NCBI GenBank assembly: GCA_000092065.1
Contig: CP000588.1
Reading direction: 5' to 3' (one strand)
DNA from: Ostreococcus lucimarinus
Lineage: Eukaryota
Length of the DNA: 64,000 nucleotides
The position numbers and the translations under genes were made by a program. The notes beneath the pieces were generated by a model, which was given only the letters and a program-made list of their open reading frames with translations, was not told the origin of the DNA and did no database searches. Shown piece after piece: positions 1 through 10,390 of the stretch. Within the stretch, counting starts at the first letter, position 1, and the number at the start of each line of letters is the position of its first letter.

Positions 1-990
1 AAGGATAGTACTTCATCAAGTACCGGACCAAATATCCTTCCTTCGCTGCGCCCATCCGTTGTGGACATATCTCCGACGATACGATCGTCGATGGCGTCCG
101 ATATGACGTCTTTCCACCCGGGCGTCGGCGTCAACAAAGACGTCAAAACGTCGCCAATCGAAGATACCACGTCTTGTACGCGTCGAATGAAACCGTGCTT
201 CCTTGGATTGGCGTGTGAATCAAAATATTTCAAGCGCACGCCATCCACATCTTGGACATCTTTCGCGCCGACGTCGCTAAAATCAATCGCCTCGAGCGTG
301 TCGCCGCGAAACGTAAATACGCCAAACCGTGCATCCTCGCCATCCAACGCCTCCATCGCGCTTCCGAGCGCCAACTTTACTAGTTCACAATATTCTTCCC
401 CGGCTCCATTTAAATCCACGATCGCCACGATCGCGCGCGCGTTCCTCCGCGACGTACCCGCGGTCGAGGCGTCGTTTCGCACCGCTCGACGACGCCAGTC
501 GTTCGCCTCCAGCGTCTCCGAAGCCTCCTCGGTCTCGACCTCGCTCTTACCGTCCGAAATAGTCTCGACCGCGACATCAAACTCGTACGTTTCCCCCGAT
601 ATCTCCGGCAGCGCCTGAATCGCCGCTAACCCTTTGGAATACCTCGATCCTTTCGCCGCGTCTCGCCACAACGTGTACGTCCCGCACGCGCAGCACCGAA
701 ACCCATTCGCATTCACTCGACAGTGCGCGCTGACGTATCCGTAACAGCTCGAGCACCTCGCGATGCGTTCGGGCGACTTCAGGCGCGCGATTCTTCGACA
801 CACGGCGCGGCGATCGAGCGGGTTGACGACGATTCCCAACGGGATGTGCAACTCGCGCTTGAGCTCGGCGTCGCGAGGGAGCGCGGTGGTGGTCCAACGC
901 ACCACCGCCGGCGTCGCGCGCTTGGACGAAGAGCGCGGTTTATCATCCATGACCGCCGGCGATGCGTTTTCGTCGGCAAACGGGCGCATG
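1..990 (-). CDS. SEC23: Sec23-like COPII coat protein, N-terminal part (runs off the window start). Continuous minus-strand reading frame that is absent from the ORF track because no stop codon falls inside the window. Start is either M at ~990 (MRPF..) or M at ~951 (MDDKPRSS..).
   Basis: My own reverse-complement translation gives ..AVVRWTTTALPRDAELKRELHIPLGIVVNPL..CRRIARLKSPERIARCSSCYGYVSAHCRVNANGFRCCACGTYT.. This matches the Sec23/24 zinc finger (CxxC..CxxC) preceded by the VRFSWN/PL..V.PL motif. It is followed by ..AIVAIVDLNGAGEEYCELVKLALGSAMEALD.., a trunk/vWA-like segment. Codons are GC3-rich. The + strand ORFs 61..618 and 723..1025 are antisense artefacts. Confidence 0.55.
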
Positions 991-1090
991 ACGCGCGGAT
1001 GAGGGCGTTGACTCTTGTGGATTAGAGCGCGCGCATCGAGGCGAGGAGTGGGGCGCATGCTAATTTTCTAATCTGGGTGCTACAAGTTGA

Positions 1091-2434
1091 TCATCGACCT
1101 CGAGAAGGTGCCTCGCGAATTTTCCAATTCACCCCGGCGGCGATTTTCGATTCGAAGAACGCCTCGAGACGATTGGCCGCTTTGAAATACGGAGTGTCGC
1201 GTGAGTTGTATATGCGACAGTTGTTGAACATCAAACGGAAGTCGGCGCAAAACATCTCCAAAGAGACGTAGTAATTCCCCGCCGAGACGCGTTCTTGGAT
1301 GAGTTCCATATCGACGGGATCCTTGACGACGTCGTAGTAGTCTGTGACTTCGAGCGGGTTCACGGGTGCGGCAAACGGCCACGCATCGGAGTGCGCCTGA
1401 ATCACGTTTACGATGGCTCTCATGAATTTATGCAAGTTTGCCTTCGTGGGTATGCCATCGCCGCATCCTGGGTGGACTAAACGGTACTTTGGTAGTCCTG
1501 GGTCCTCCCACTTCGCCTCTTTCAAGCCTTTGATGTGTTTGACGTCGATGGGGATATACTTGCCCTCGGCGCTCGGCTTGAAGTGGTCCTTCAATCCCGG
1601 GTAGACTTTGTGCGCCGTGCTCATCTCTCGTACCTTGGCCTCCACCGCCTTGCGCTGTTCTCGGATCTGATTCACAAAGTCCACGTAGGAGACGTGCCCA
1701 TCTAATTGACACTCCATAATCGTCCCACCGTCGTACTCTTTGATGTACCCGTACCACTTTTCGCGCTCCATCATGATTTCCTTTGTGAATCCTTGCTTTT
1801 GAAAGTACCCCACCGCATTGTTATCCGCGAACGTGATCAGGTGCGTCATATTTTCCTTTTCCTTAGCGTACTCCTTGATGTGATTCATCAACCGCGTACC
1901 GTATCCCTTCACCTGTTCATTTGCGCTCACCGCGCAAAAAGCAATCTCACCCATGCGTTGCTTCGGAAACGGCCTGTACGTGATCCCCCCGATGACGTTC
2001 CCATTCTTCATGCACAGCATCGAGTAATGTCTGGAGTCAAAAACCAACCGCACGATGTACTCCTTGGGCATATTCGGCAGCTGTTTGCTAAAAATGTTCT
2101 TCAGCGCCACGAGCAAGCGCGAATTCGCCTCGCTCCCGTCGTTTTTAATCACCTCCCACTTCAGCTCCCCATCACGCTCTTGCTTACGCAGGTGCGATTC
2201 TCGCGTGGCGTACGCCCCTCTCGACGGCGACACCGGCGACGTCGCCCCCGTCGCGCCCGCAGTCGCGCCCGTCGTCGTCGTTTGTTTATTCGGCGTTCCG
2301 TCCGCCGCCCCCGCGCCGTCCCTCGACCCGTTCGCGCCGCTCTCATCCGCGCGCGCGTGCTTCACGCCGCGCGCGCTTCCCGAGACATCATCCTGATCGC
2401 TCGCGTCCTCACGCGCGCGCGTGCCGCGCTGCAT
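1091..2434 (-). CDS. GCN5: Histone acetyltransferase GCN5 (GNAT catalytic domain plus C-terminal bromodomain)
   Basis: 447 aa. GNAT motif ..QVKGYGTRLMNHIKEYA.. and a C-terminal bromodomain ..PFAAPVNPLEVTDYYDVVKDPVDMELIQERV..FCADFRLMFNNCRIYN. ATG confirmed at 2434..2432. Confidence 0.9.
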   Translation of the reverse strand: MQRGTRAREDASDQDDVSGSARGVKHARADESGANGSRDGAGAADGTPNKQTTTTGATAGATGATSPVSPSRGAYATRESHLRKQERDGELKWEVIKNDGSEANSRLLVALKNIFSKQLPNMPKEYIVRLVFDSRHYSMLCMKNGNVIGGITYRPFPKQRMGEIAFCAVSANEQVKGYGTRLMNHIKEYAKEKENMTHLITFADNNAVGYFQKQGFTKEIMMEREKWYGYIKEYDGGTIMECQLDGHVSYVDFVNQIREQRKAVEAKVREMSTAHKVYPGLKDHFKPSAEGKYIPIDVKHIKGLKEAKWEDPGLPKYRLVHPGCGDGIPTKANLHKFMRAIVNVIQAHSDAWPFAAPVNPLEVTDYYDVVKDPVDMELIQERVSAGNYYVSLEMFCADFRLMFNNCRIYNSRDTPYFKAANRLEAFFESKIAAGVNWKIREAPSRGR

Positions 2435-2877
2435 CGCGCTCGCCGATCGCCGTTCCGCGCGATGTCCCGACGAGCTAATTCAACGCGCTCGCACGCCACC
2501 CGCGAGCGCGTCCGCGCGATCTCCTGCGCGCCGTGCGCTCGAAAAGATTTCTTCCGATCGCTCGAGCGCGCGGGCGCGTTCGACGCGCGCGGGCGCGGGC
2601 GTGTGCGGCCGCCGATCGTCGCGCACTCGCGCACCGTCGATCGAGGCGTTTTAAACGAGCGCCCGCGCGCGCGGACCGCAGAGCGCGACGCGACGGCGCG
2701 ACAGACGCGACGGTGCGGTCGTCGGGTGGAAGAAAACGCGCTCGATCGAACGGACGTCGAACGGGCGCGGGAGAGCCCGCGTGCGCGGCGTGGGGGTGGT
2801 TTGAAAGCGACGGGTGCGGGACGGTCGATCTGCAATCGCGCGCTTAAAGTCTCGCGCGAGCGCGTTCGTGACGGACG

Positions 2878-5800
2878 ATGACGAACGATGAGGATTCCTT
2901 ACGTCGGGCGTCGCACTCGAGCGCGAGTTCGTGGCGGGCGTTGGTGCGTAAAGTGGCCGAACGCGCGCCGGATGGGGACGAAAGCGAAGACGCGCGCACG
3001 GCGACGCTAAGTGACCGGTTGTTGGCGACGCGAGAGGAGACGATTCTGATGGAGGAACACCCTGAATTGAAGCGTCAGAAAAAGCTAGAGGAGACAAACG
3101 ACGCGAGCAAGGTATGGGCGCTGGCACCGGGACAGAGCACGGTGAACGCGACGGCGGCACCTTTTTTAAAGTGGTGCGAGGAACATTTTAGAAACGTGAA
3201 TCGGCGAGATATAGAGGCTTTGGCGCCCATGGACGTGCATTTGATGGAAAGGGATGGCGACTACCTCGTTCCTGGTCTAGGAAGGCATTACATACACGGA
3301 TGGGACGAAGAGGATAAGGAAGAAGAGAAAAAGTTGATGGAGCGCAAACGCTTGGCGGTGCTCAACCGATCAGAGACGCCGTTGAAGAAGAAAAAGACGC
3401 CGAAGAAGACGCCAAAACCGAGATTGGACCCTACAAAGTATCAAATCACTCGTGTGTCGCCACTCGAACGCCCGGATGAAATTGCTGAGTGCTGCGGTGT
3501 TTGTTTCGATGGAGACTCATACGACGACAATCAAATTTTGTTTTGCGACAAGTGCGACATCGCTGTGCACCAGCTTTGCTACGGAATTCGAAAGATTCCT
3601 CAAGGTGATTGGATTTGCCGCTCGTGTAGCAGCCGCGGGGCCGCGAAAACGTGCTTCTTGTGCACCGAAAGAGGAGGTGCGCTCAAACCGACGGTGGACG
3701 GTCGTTGGGCGCATCTTTTTTGCGCGCAGTGGATTCCAGAGCTCTTCATTCAAAACGTCGACTCGATGGAGCCGATTAATGCGGCGCATCTGCTCCCTGA
3801 CCGAACGAACTTGACGTGTGTCATTTGTAGAGAGCATGGGGCTGGTGCTTGCATTCAGTGCGCTTACGGTAATTGTTCGGTACCATTTCATCCAATGTGC
3901 GCTCTGAAAGCCGGCGTTCGCATGGAGGTTCGATCGATGGAAAAATCGCAAGACTGTGATTACTTGTGCTATTGCGATAGGCACGTCAAGGAAATGGAGA
4001 GAAAGGCACAGAGAATAGCGAACGGGGAGAGTTCGACGGCGACGACGCCCGCAAAGACACCTGCGAAGGTTGAAGAGGCGTCCAAGGAGGACACGCCGCC
4101 ACCAACACCAAAAATAGAGGAAGATACCGCGCCAGCGTCGGCTCAAAAAGAGTCGGGAGCGTCACCCATTATTGGACGCGATCAAGCGACAACCATCGAC
4201 CATCCTATGAAGGAGTTGAATGCCAATGAGATTCGAAAACTCGTGCTGAACTTGTTCGACATGTCAGATTTCACCGCCGCGGACGTTGACGGTGTGAAAG
4301 AGGACGATTTCATGTCGTGGCTGAAAGAAGACACCGTCGTGACGCGCGAAAAAGATGACTCGCTGGGGACTCCCGTCAAGATCAAGGTTTCGATCAATCC
4401 GTGCGAAGTTGCGGCTCGCGAATGGCTGGTGCGCAGAGCGAAGATAGAGGTTTTGGCGCCGGTGAATCTTGATTGCGAAACAAAGCAAAACATCAGTGAT
4501 AGCGCCATGGATACGGCGACGGACTCGCCCGATGGGAAAGACGAGATCAACGAGGACACATTTTTGTATCCTCCGAGCGTTCCATATCCCATAGAAACGC
4601 TCGCTGACTACACAAAATTGATTCTTGATACCGTGAAAGTGCCGGCACTGCCGCAGACCGTGGAAGACATCATCCCCGAGCAAACCGGTTCGAACGGCGT
4701 TCCAACGAGCATGCGACCGCCCAAGTGTCAAGTTTGCCTCATTCGTAAACAAGGTGTTTGTGGCACGTCATCAGCACCGCCGAGATGTCATAGAAGGAGA
4801 GAAAATATGGAGAAGCTGCGCGCGGCGCAAATGGCTGAGCTGCAAGCGCAACTTGGTCCGGGCCAGTCTCTTCCCGATCCCGTGGAGGTTGTCAAGAAAG
4901 AGATCGCTCGCATTTCAACTCATACAGAGCTGCTCAAACTTGCACCCGATGATGAAGTCGTTGCTGAAATATTTCGAGCGCAGACTGTACTGGCGAGGAC
5001 GTCTTACATCAACCGAGAGCTCATCCAAAAACTCTTGACCAAGGTGGAGGAGGCATTGCCAGGAGAGGAGAAGATTCGAGAGGAGCAACAAAAGGCGCTC
5101 GAAGAGACAGCGCAATACGAAGAACGCTGGCGCGGAGGGCGATGGCGTATGGAACGCCTTCGAGCGGAAGGCAAAGAAGACGAAGCGCAATTTGATGGAG
5201 GCGAGCTCGCGGGCGCCGACATGTGCGACCCGCTCGTCGAGTCTGGCGCTATGGAGGACGCGCTCTGCTGCGTTTGCGCCGGAGGTGAGAGCGAATACCC
5301 GAACGAAATCGTATTCTGCGAAAGATGCGAGATGTGCGTTCATCAGCAGTGCTATGGTGTCACAAATATTCCCGAAGGTGAGTGGTTATGCTGGCCTTGC
5401 CATGAAACTGAACGCCTGGAGCGCGAAAACGGTTTACCGGGCACTCGTCCGCCTCGATACATGCGGGAAGCTGGCGATGGAGCCATGTATGACCCTCGTG
5501 TGCAATGTTTGCTTTGTCCAGTGAAGCGCGGCGCTTTAAGAACCGTGATCGATCCTCGTTTGCAAACTCCAAAGACTGGGGATACCGCCCCGGCGTCACC
5601 GCCACCTGTGCGCTCGCCGACATCCACGAAGACGGTGCCGGAGGGCAAAGCTAACGCGACAACAGATGACGATGCAGCCGCAAATCCTGAGCCGAGCGAT
5701 CCTATCACTCCGTTGACAAAGACACCAACTCGTGGACGTAACCGTTGGTGTCACGTCGTGTGCGCGCATTGGCAGCAGGGTATGGAAACTGATTTGTACC

Positions 5801-6501
5801 TCGATGGACCCGCGGCAGTGAGTGGCTTGGAAGACGTGCGCACGCAGTTCAAGAATGCCAGGTGCTCGGCTTGTCGACTCGACGACGGTGCGTGCATTCC
5901 TTGCTGCGCGACGGGATGTCACGTGGTCTTCCACCCGTTGTGCGCGCGTCGATGCGGCTGGCACATGCTTCCTTTACAATCTCCAGAGCCGCTCGCGTTT
6001 TGCGCTCGTCACAGCATCGACGAGCGCCGAAATCCGGGATCAACGATGCGATCGAGGTACAGCGCCAACACTAGCGGTGCTCGATTCGGTCAACGTGTCT
6101 CGAGCAAGAAGAAACGTACACCGACCGCAGACGAGATGGAAATGCTCCAACGTGCGCGTGTGGGCTTGGAAACCTTACGCCTGTTGTGCGATCGCGTCGT
6201 CAAGCGCGAAAAGCTCAAGCGATTGGAACTCGAGCAACATCACAAGCTTTGGGTCGCGCAAATTCTCGGTCAAGCCAGCGGCCCGGTCTACGGCATCAAC
6301 GACGACACCCAGGCCCACATCAAAATCCCTGACATCGCGAAGGATCGAAAATTAATCTTCCTCACCGCCGAAGAGGTCGAGAGGCTTCGAGACGACGTCG
6401 AATTCCGTCTCCCCGACGGCGTTCTCCTCGTCCCCGCCGAACCTCTCCGCTCTCCGTTTCGCGACGACGACGACGACGACGACGACGCGAACAAAAATTA
6501 G
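2878..6501 (+). CDS. Large chromatin reader with two PHD–zinc-knuckle–extended-PHD (PZP) modules, similar to BRPF/JADE/AF10. The C-terminus is poly-Asp.
   Basis: 1207 aa. First module: CCGVCFDGDSYDDNQILFCDKCDIAVHQLCYGI..DWICRSC (PHD), then CFLCTERGGALK..WAHLFCAQWIPE..CVICREHGAGACIQCAYGNCSVPFHPMCA (ePHD). Second module: CCVCAGGESEYPNEIVFCERCEMCVHQQCYGV..EWLCWPC, then CLLCPVKRGAL..WCHVVCAHW..CSACRLDDGACIPCCATGCHVVFHPLCA. It is transcribed divergently from GCN5 with a 443-bp spacer. Confidence 0.75.
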   Translation: MTNDEDSLRRASHSSASSWRALVRKVAERAPDGDESEDARTATLSDRLLATREETILMEEHPELKRQKKLEETNDASKVWALAPGQSTVNATAAPFLKWCEEHFRNVNRRDIEALAPMDVHLMERDGDYLVPGLGRHYIHGWDEEDKEEEKKLMERKRLAVLNRSETPLKKKKTPKKTPKPRLDPTKYQITRVSPLERPDEIAECCGVCFDGDSYDDNQILFCDKCDIAVHQLCYGIRKIPQGDWICRSCSSRGAAKTCFLCTERGGALKPTVDGRWAHLFCAQWIPELFIQNVDSMEPINAAHLLPDRTNLTCVICREHGAGACIQCAYGNCSVPFHPMCALKAGVRMEVRSMEKSQDCDYLCYCDRHVKEMERKAQRIANGESSTATTPAKTPAKVEEASKEDTPPPTPKIEEDTAPASAQKESGASPIIGRDQATTIDHPMKELNANEIRKLVLNLFDMSDFTAADVDGVKEDDFMSWLKEDTVVTREKDDSLGTPVKIKVSINPCEVAAREWLVRRAKIEVLAPVNLDCETKQNISDSAMDTATDSPDGKDEINEDTFLYPPSVPYPIETLADYTKLILDTVKVPALPQTVEDIIPEQTGSNGVPTSMRPPKCQVCLIRKQGVCGTSSAPPRCHRRRENMEKLRAAQMAELQAQLGPGQSLPDPVEVVKKEIARISTHTELLKLAPDDEVVAEIFRAQTVLARTSYINRELIQKLLTKVEEALPGEEKIREEQQKALEETAQYEERWRGGRWRMERLRAEGKEDEAQFDGGELAGADMCDPLVESGAMEDALCCVCAGGESEYPNEIVFCERCEMCVHQQCYGVTNIPEGEWLCWPCHETERLERENGLPGTRPPRYMREAGDGAMYDPRVQCLLCPVKRGALRTVIDPRLQTPKTGDTAPASPPPVRSPTSTKTVPEGKANATTDDDAAANPEPSDPITPLTKTPTRGRNRWCHVVCAHWQQGMETDLYLDGPAAVSGLEDVRTQFKNARCSACRLDDGACIPCCATGCHVVFHPLCARRCGWHMLPLQSPEPLAFCARHSIDERRNPGSTMRSRYSANTSGARFGQRVSSKKKRTPTADEMEMLQRARVGLETLRLLCDRVVKREKLKRLELEQHHKLWVAQILGQASGPVYGINDDTQAHIKIPDIAKDRKLIFLTAEEVERLRDDVEFRLPDGVLLVPAEPLRSPFRDDDDDDDDANKN

Positions 6502-6734
6502 CGTTCCACCGCGAGGTGGCACACCAACCATTTCATAGCAATTGTTGTTAGAAAGAAAGCCGGAACAAAGCGACTCGTCGCCGCGCCTCGCCATTTCGTC
6601 TCCGCACCGACGCGATCGACCGATCTATCGAACGACCGATCGCGCGACCGCACACGTCGTCGACGACCTCGCGCGCGCCCGCGAGCCGACGCGACGCGAC
6701 GCGCGTCCTCGACATCGCGCGCGCTCGAGCCTAA

Positions 6735-7889
6735 ATGGGGTGCAAACACTCGAAACACGCCGCGTCGCCGACGCCCGACGGCGACGGCGACGGCGATGCG
6801 CACGAATTCTTTGACGCCCAGGACACGTTGCTCGCGATGCCGAGCTTCATGCGCGCCAAGAGCCTGACTCGATTGAAGAGCGCGAACGATGAGAAGCTCG
6901 CGCGCGGAGGATCGCTCGCGCGATGGAAGAGCGCGTTGGGACCGGTGGAGACGCAGACGACTGGGGACATGGCGAAGTGCGTCGTGCCGGTGTTCGAGGC
7001 GGGGATGGAGACGCTGGCGGACGAGGCTGGAGACGCGTCGTGGAGCGAAAATCTTAGCGGGGAGGGATTTAAACTTCGAGGGAAGACGTACAAGCAGGAT
7101 AAGAAGAAGACGCCGAGCGGTGAACCGTTTTATAACGTAAAGGGGGTGTTGTCGTTTAAGAGCGACGAAAAGGTGGGCGATTGGATTAAAAACTTGTTCG
7201 CGGATGATCTAGGGAAGAAGATCAAGGGCCAAGTGCCGTCGGTGATCATCGTGAATATCATGGTTCCGGACTATAAACCGACGGGGGGGATGTTCGCGAA
7301 GAAGGAAAACGATGGTCCGGGTCACAACGTCGTGCTTTTGTGTAAAATCAGCGACTTCGCGCGGAAAACGTTGGAAGAGACAGAAGATTGGGAAACGCTG
7401 CCGGCTGATTTTAAATTGTTGATTAGATACGTCAAGGGCGATGGAACCGGAAATGTGGACACGCACCCACACGAACTGGCTGTTCGTCAGCAAACGAAGA
7501 TGGTCGTCATGGTTGTCGCAGGAAACGCAGCTTTACCGTGGATTGTTCGACAAGCGGTGAACCACGGTAACGGTAAACCTTTCATGGTGAACCGAACTTC
7601 TTCTTACATCGAGCGATCCGGCGCTTTGGAAATCAACGTCGACGCTCACAACTTCAGTAACGTTGCGCTGAACGGCTTGAGGACCGTGCACACGTCGCTC
7701 GGTAAACTGATCCTCGACGTCGGTGCGACGGTTCAAGGGGAGACCGAATATGAGCTCCCCGAGAGATTGTTGTTTTCGTGCAGGATAAACTACGCCAAGA
7801 TAGAACGCATCGTAGCGCACGTCGATATGCTCGAGGCTTACCCGAAAGACCGCGCCTGGTTGAACGATATCCGCAAAAGACTCGAGTAG
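6735..7889 (+). CDS. DUF1336 (EDR2 C-terminal-like) protein with an N-terminal myristoylation/palmitoylation motif
   Basis: 384 aa beginning MGCKHSKH (MGxxxS with Cys3). ..SWSENLSGEGFKLRGKTYKQDKKKTPSGEPFYNVKGVLSFKSDEKV..PSVIIVNIMVPDY.. matches the plant DUF1336 signature (FKVRGKNYLKDKKK.., VVNLQVP) as I recall it. Confidence 0.6.
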   Translation: MGCKHSKHAASPTPDGDGDGDAHEFFDAQDTLLAMPSFMRAKSLTRLKSANDEKLARGGSLARWKSALGPVETQTTGDMAKCVVPVFEAGMETLADEAGDASWSENLSGEGFKLRGKTYKQDKKKTPSGEPFYNVKGVLSFKSDEKVGDWIKNLFADDLGKKIKGQVPSVIIVNIMVPDYKPTGGMFAKKENDGPGHNVVLLCKISDFARKTLEETEDWETLPADFKLLIRYVKGDGTGNVDTHPHELAVRQQTKMVVMVVAGNAALPWIVRQAVNHGNGKPFMVNRTSSYIERSGALEINVDAHNFSNVALNGLRTVHTSLGKLILDVGATVQGETEYELPERLLFSCRINYAKIERIVAHVDMLEAYPKDRAWLNDIRKRLE

Positions 7890-7942
7890 TGCGTGTAAGT
7901 TTATTTCGTCGTAAATAAATCTGACAATTCGCTACTGTTTGT

Positions 7943-9754
7943 TCAAGCTCCAAAATCGCCCATGGTAGACATGGGTCTGCGGTTCCACGCGTCACCACCT
8001 GCGCCTTCGCCCTCGAGATCGACGTCTCGTTCGAGACGTTGCGGACGCTCGCCACGTTCAATGGCATCCAAGCCCGCTCGCAAGTAATCGCTCTTTTGTT
8101 GTGCATCTTCCAAATAGTCCCATTCGAAAATGGGAATCGGGAACACGGCGAAACCTTCACCTTCGAGCTGCCGCTGTTTCAAGCGAGTTTGTCCGAGCGC
8201 TAATTTACGATCGTTACGCGCAAAGTGCGACGGACCGTCGACTTCAATTACTACTCCAGTAGGCTTTGCGTCCGGGAGTAGTAAATCGCATCTGTACCCA
8301 CTCACGAGAGCCTCTTCCTCGTGCTTTTCACCCATGTACGACAAAATAGCTCCAACATCGCGCTGGAACCACGACACAACGGGTGGCCGGTTCTGCGTGT
8401 TCCACGCTGTATCGGCAGCAGCACCAAGTTCAGTGGGCAAGGGGTCGAAGCCGGCGCGAACGGCGGTGATGGCCGCTTGATGTAACTGGTTGAGCTGACG
8501 CCCCTTCCATGGACCAAAGACGTTAGTGTTGTGATGTTCATCCATTGATGCCGCAGTATTTTCTTTTTCGTGGACCATTTGCGCGTCGTGCTCCCCTCGT
8601 GTAATAATTTCCGCCCAGAGCGTGCGAAAGAATAGACTATCGAGCGCGTCTTCCATGACACAGAAGGACCATGCAAGCGAGGCCAGAATTGTTGCGTTGA
8701 AGCGATGAACCTGAGCTTCTGCGGCTTGTTGCGGTGTCAAATCTTTGTTTCTCGCGGGCGCTCGGGCGACCCAGACATCGATGCCATCGAGAAACCCAGC
8801 GTGCGAGTGTCCAAGGTGCGCGAACGCCCAAGCCACAGTCGTGATTTGGTACGCTTGGAAGCCCTTGAAGCCTGTCATGGCGGCGTGAACGTCGAGTTCG
8901 TGGAAGAAGCGCTCAGATGAATGCCGAGAAATGGCGAGCGACCAGGAAATATCGGCGATCTCATCCGGAGACAGTTTCTTCATCAACTCCGACGCACGAT
9001 TGGCCAATACTTCGAGCTCGGCGCTGTTCGCCCGCTCACCGGCAATGACACCGAGCGCCCAGCAGCACTTGGCGACTTCTTCCGCGGGAAGCGTATCGCT
9101 CTTTGCGCGCGCGGCGGCGACGCACGTTCCAATCATGTGCGCTACTCGCGGATCTCGTCGCAACCCGGCGAGCTCCTCTCGGTCGCACCTACTGTGCTGC
9201 GCCTTCTGAGCGATGAGCTTCAGCATCGATGCCGCCATTTCCGGTGAAATACGTCTCAAACCAGCGTTCTCAAAAATGTGCACCGCATCGTGCGGATACG
9301 TTGCCGTGCGCGCTTGCGCCTTGACGGCTTTCCACTCCTCCTTGGTCATGGAAAACTGCGTCGCGTCTTGCCTCGGATCCATCTCCCACGCCGTGCCGCG
9401 GAGAAGCTCCTCTACGCTAGGTTCCGGCTTAATATAATTTCCCTCTTCGTCCATTTCGTATCCACGAATCGCCGCCGTGCGCGCGCGGTCTTCATCCCTC
9501 CCAGCGCGCGTGTACCTTCGAGCCGTCTGGTTCGCCCCGGGCTGTGCGCCGCGTTCTTTCCGAAATTCAGCCGCCCGCTTGTTCGCCGTCGCACGAGCCT
9601 TTTCCATCCAGTCATTGTAATCTGGATCATCTCCACCCGCGCGCGTTCTCGTCCCCGCGCGTCGCGCTGACCCCTCTCGAGCCCCTCCGGTTCGCTTGAC
9701 CCCGCGGTCCGTCCTCGTCGCCCCTCCCGCTCCGAGCACCCCTCGCGCGATCAT
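7943..9754 (-). CDS. RAP-domain protein with FASTK/OPR-like helical repeats. Likely an organellar RNA-binding factor.
   Basis: 603 aa. C-terminal ..VVIEVDGPSHFARNDRKLALGQTRLKQRQLEGEGFAVFPIPIFEWDYL..KSDYLRAGL fits the RAP consensus (EVDGPsHF..Kr..L...G..v..ipy.eW). Upstream helical repeats resemble FAST-kinase-like repeats. ATG at 9754..9752. Confidence 0.7.
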   Translation of the reverse strand: MIARGVLGAGGATRTDRGVKRTGGAREGSARRAGTRTRAGGDDPDYNDWMEKARATANKRAAEFRKERGAQPGANQTARRYTRAGRDEDRARTAAIRGYEMDEEGNYIKPEPSVEELLRGTAWEMDPRQDATQFSMTKEEWKAVKAQARTATYPHDAVHIFENAGLRRISPEMAASMLKLIAQKAQHSRCDREELAGLRRDPRVAHMIGTCVAAARAKSDTLPAEEVAKCCWALGVIAGERANSAELEVLANRASELMKKLSPDEIADISWSLAISRHSSERFFHELDVHAAMTGFKGFQAYQITTVAWAFAHLGHSHAGFLDGIDVWVARAPARNKDLTPQQAAEAQVHRFNATILASLAWSFCVMEDALDSLFFRTLWAEIITRGEHDAQMVHEKENTAASMDEHHNTNVFGPWKGRQLNQLHQAAITAVRAGFDPLPTELGAAADTAWNTQNRPPVVSWFQRDVGAILSYMGEKHEEEALVSGYRCDLLLPDAKPTGVVIEVDGPSHFARNDRKLALGQTRLKQRQLEGEGFAVFPIPIFEWDYLEDAQQKSDYLRAGLDAIERGERPQRLERDVDLEGEGAGGDAWNRRPMSTMGDFGA

Positions 9755-9755
9755 C

Positions 9756-10390
9756 TCACTTCTTCGCCTTCCCCAGCGTCGCGTTCGTCAAGAAATCAAA
9801 CTTTCTCTTAAACTTCGCCGCCTGTCCCGTGGCCGGTCCTTTGATCACCTTGCCCGTGTACGCCGGGTGGTTGTTCGCGTCGAGCGTCAAAAACAGGTAG
9901 TCCCCGAGTTGTTTCACCGTCGTCGGCACGCGGCGCGTCGACCCGTTCGTCGCCACGACCGTGAGTCTGTGCAGCAGCGGGTGAATTCCTTTGCGAGGCT
10001 GCGTTCGAGGAGCGCGCGGCGCGTTCGCGCGGCGTCAGTCGTCGAGTTTTCAATCAAACCCCAGATTTCGAGTCAAGTTTTCGATCGCCCGCGGGCGCGA
10101 TGCGCGCGCGCTCGAGCGCCGCGCGACGCGCGCGAGGACTCGACGCGCGCGCCGTTCGCGGCGGCGCGATCGAGCGCGAGAACGAGGCGAGCGTCACGCA
10201 CCATGCACGCGCTCAGGAATGGCGACGCGCGGCCGCACACGATGCCGCACGCGGCAGCCGCGCGCGCGCGCGCGCCGGCGCGGTGCGGGCGGCGCGGACC
10301 TGGAGCGGTGCGTCGAGCGCGGGCGCGGGCGAGCGCGGGCGCGGCGTCGACGAGCGTCGTCGAGGGCGTCGTCACGCGCGTGGCGCGCAT
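9756..10390 (-). CDS. rpl31: Organellar ribosomal protein bL31, two exons: exon 2 = 9756..9998 and exon 1 = ~10202..10390, with an intron ~9999..10201 (203 nt). Exon 1 encodes an Ala/Arg-rich presequence ending ..SACM. It may alternatively consist of the ATG alone.
   Basis: Exon 2 translates as PRKGIHPLLHRLTVVATNGSTRRVPTTVKQLGDYLFLTLDANNHPAYTGKVIKGPATGQAAKFKRKFDFLTNATLGKAKK. Compare E. coli bL31 [34 protein letters not shown]. The intron has donor GTGCGTGACGC, a branch cgACTGACGcc about 35 nt before acgCAG. Joined through the intron, the frame stays open. The gene stops 1 nt before the RAP gene ATG. Confidence 0.55.
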
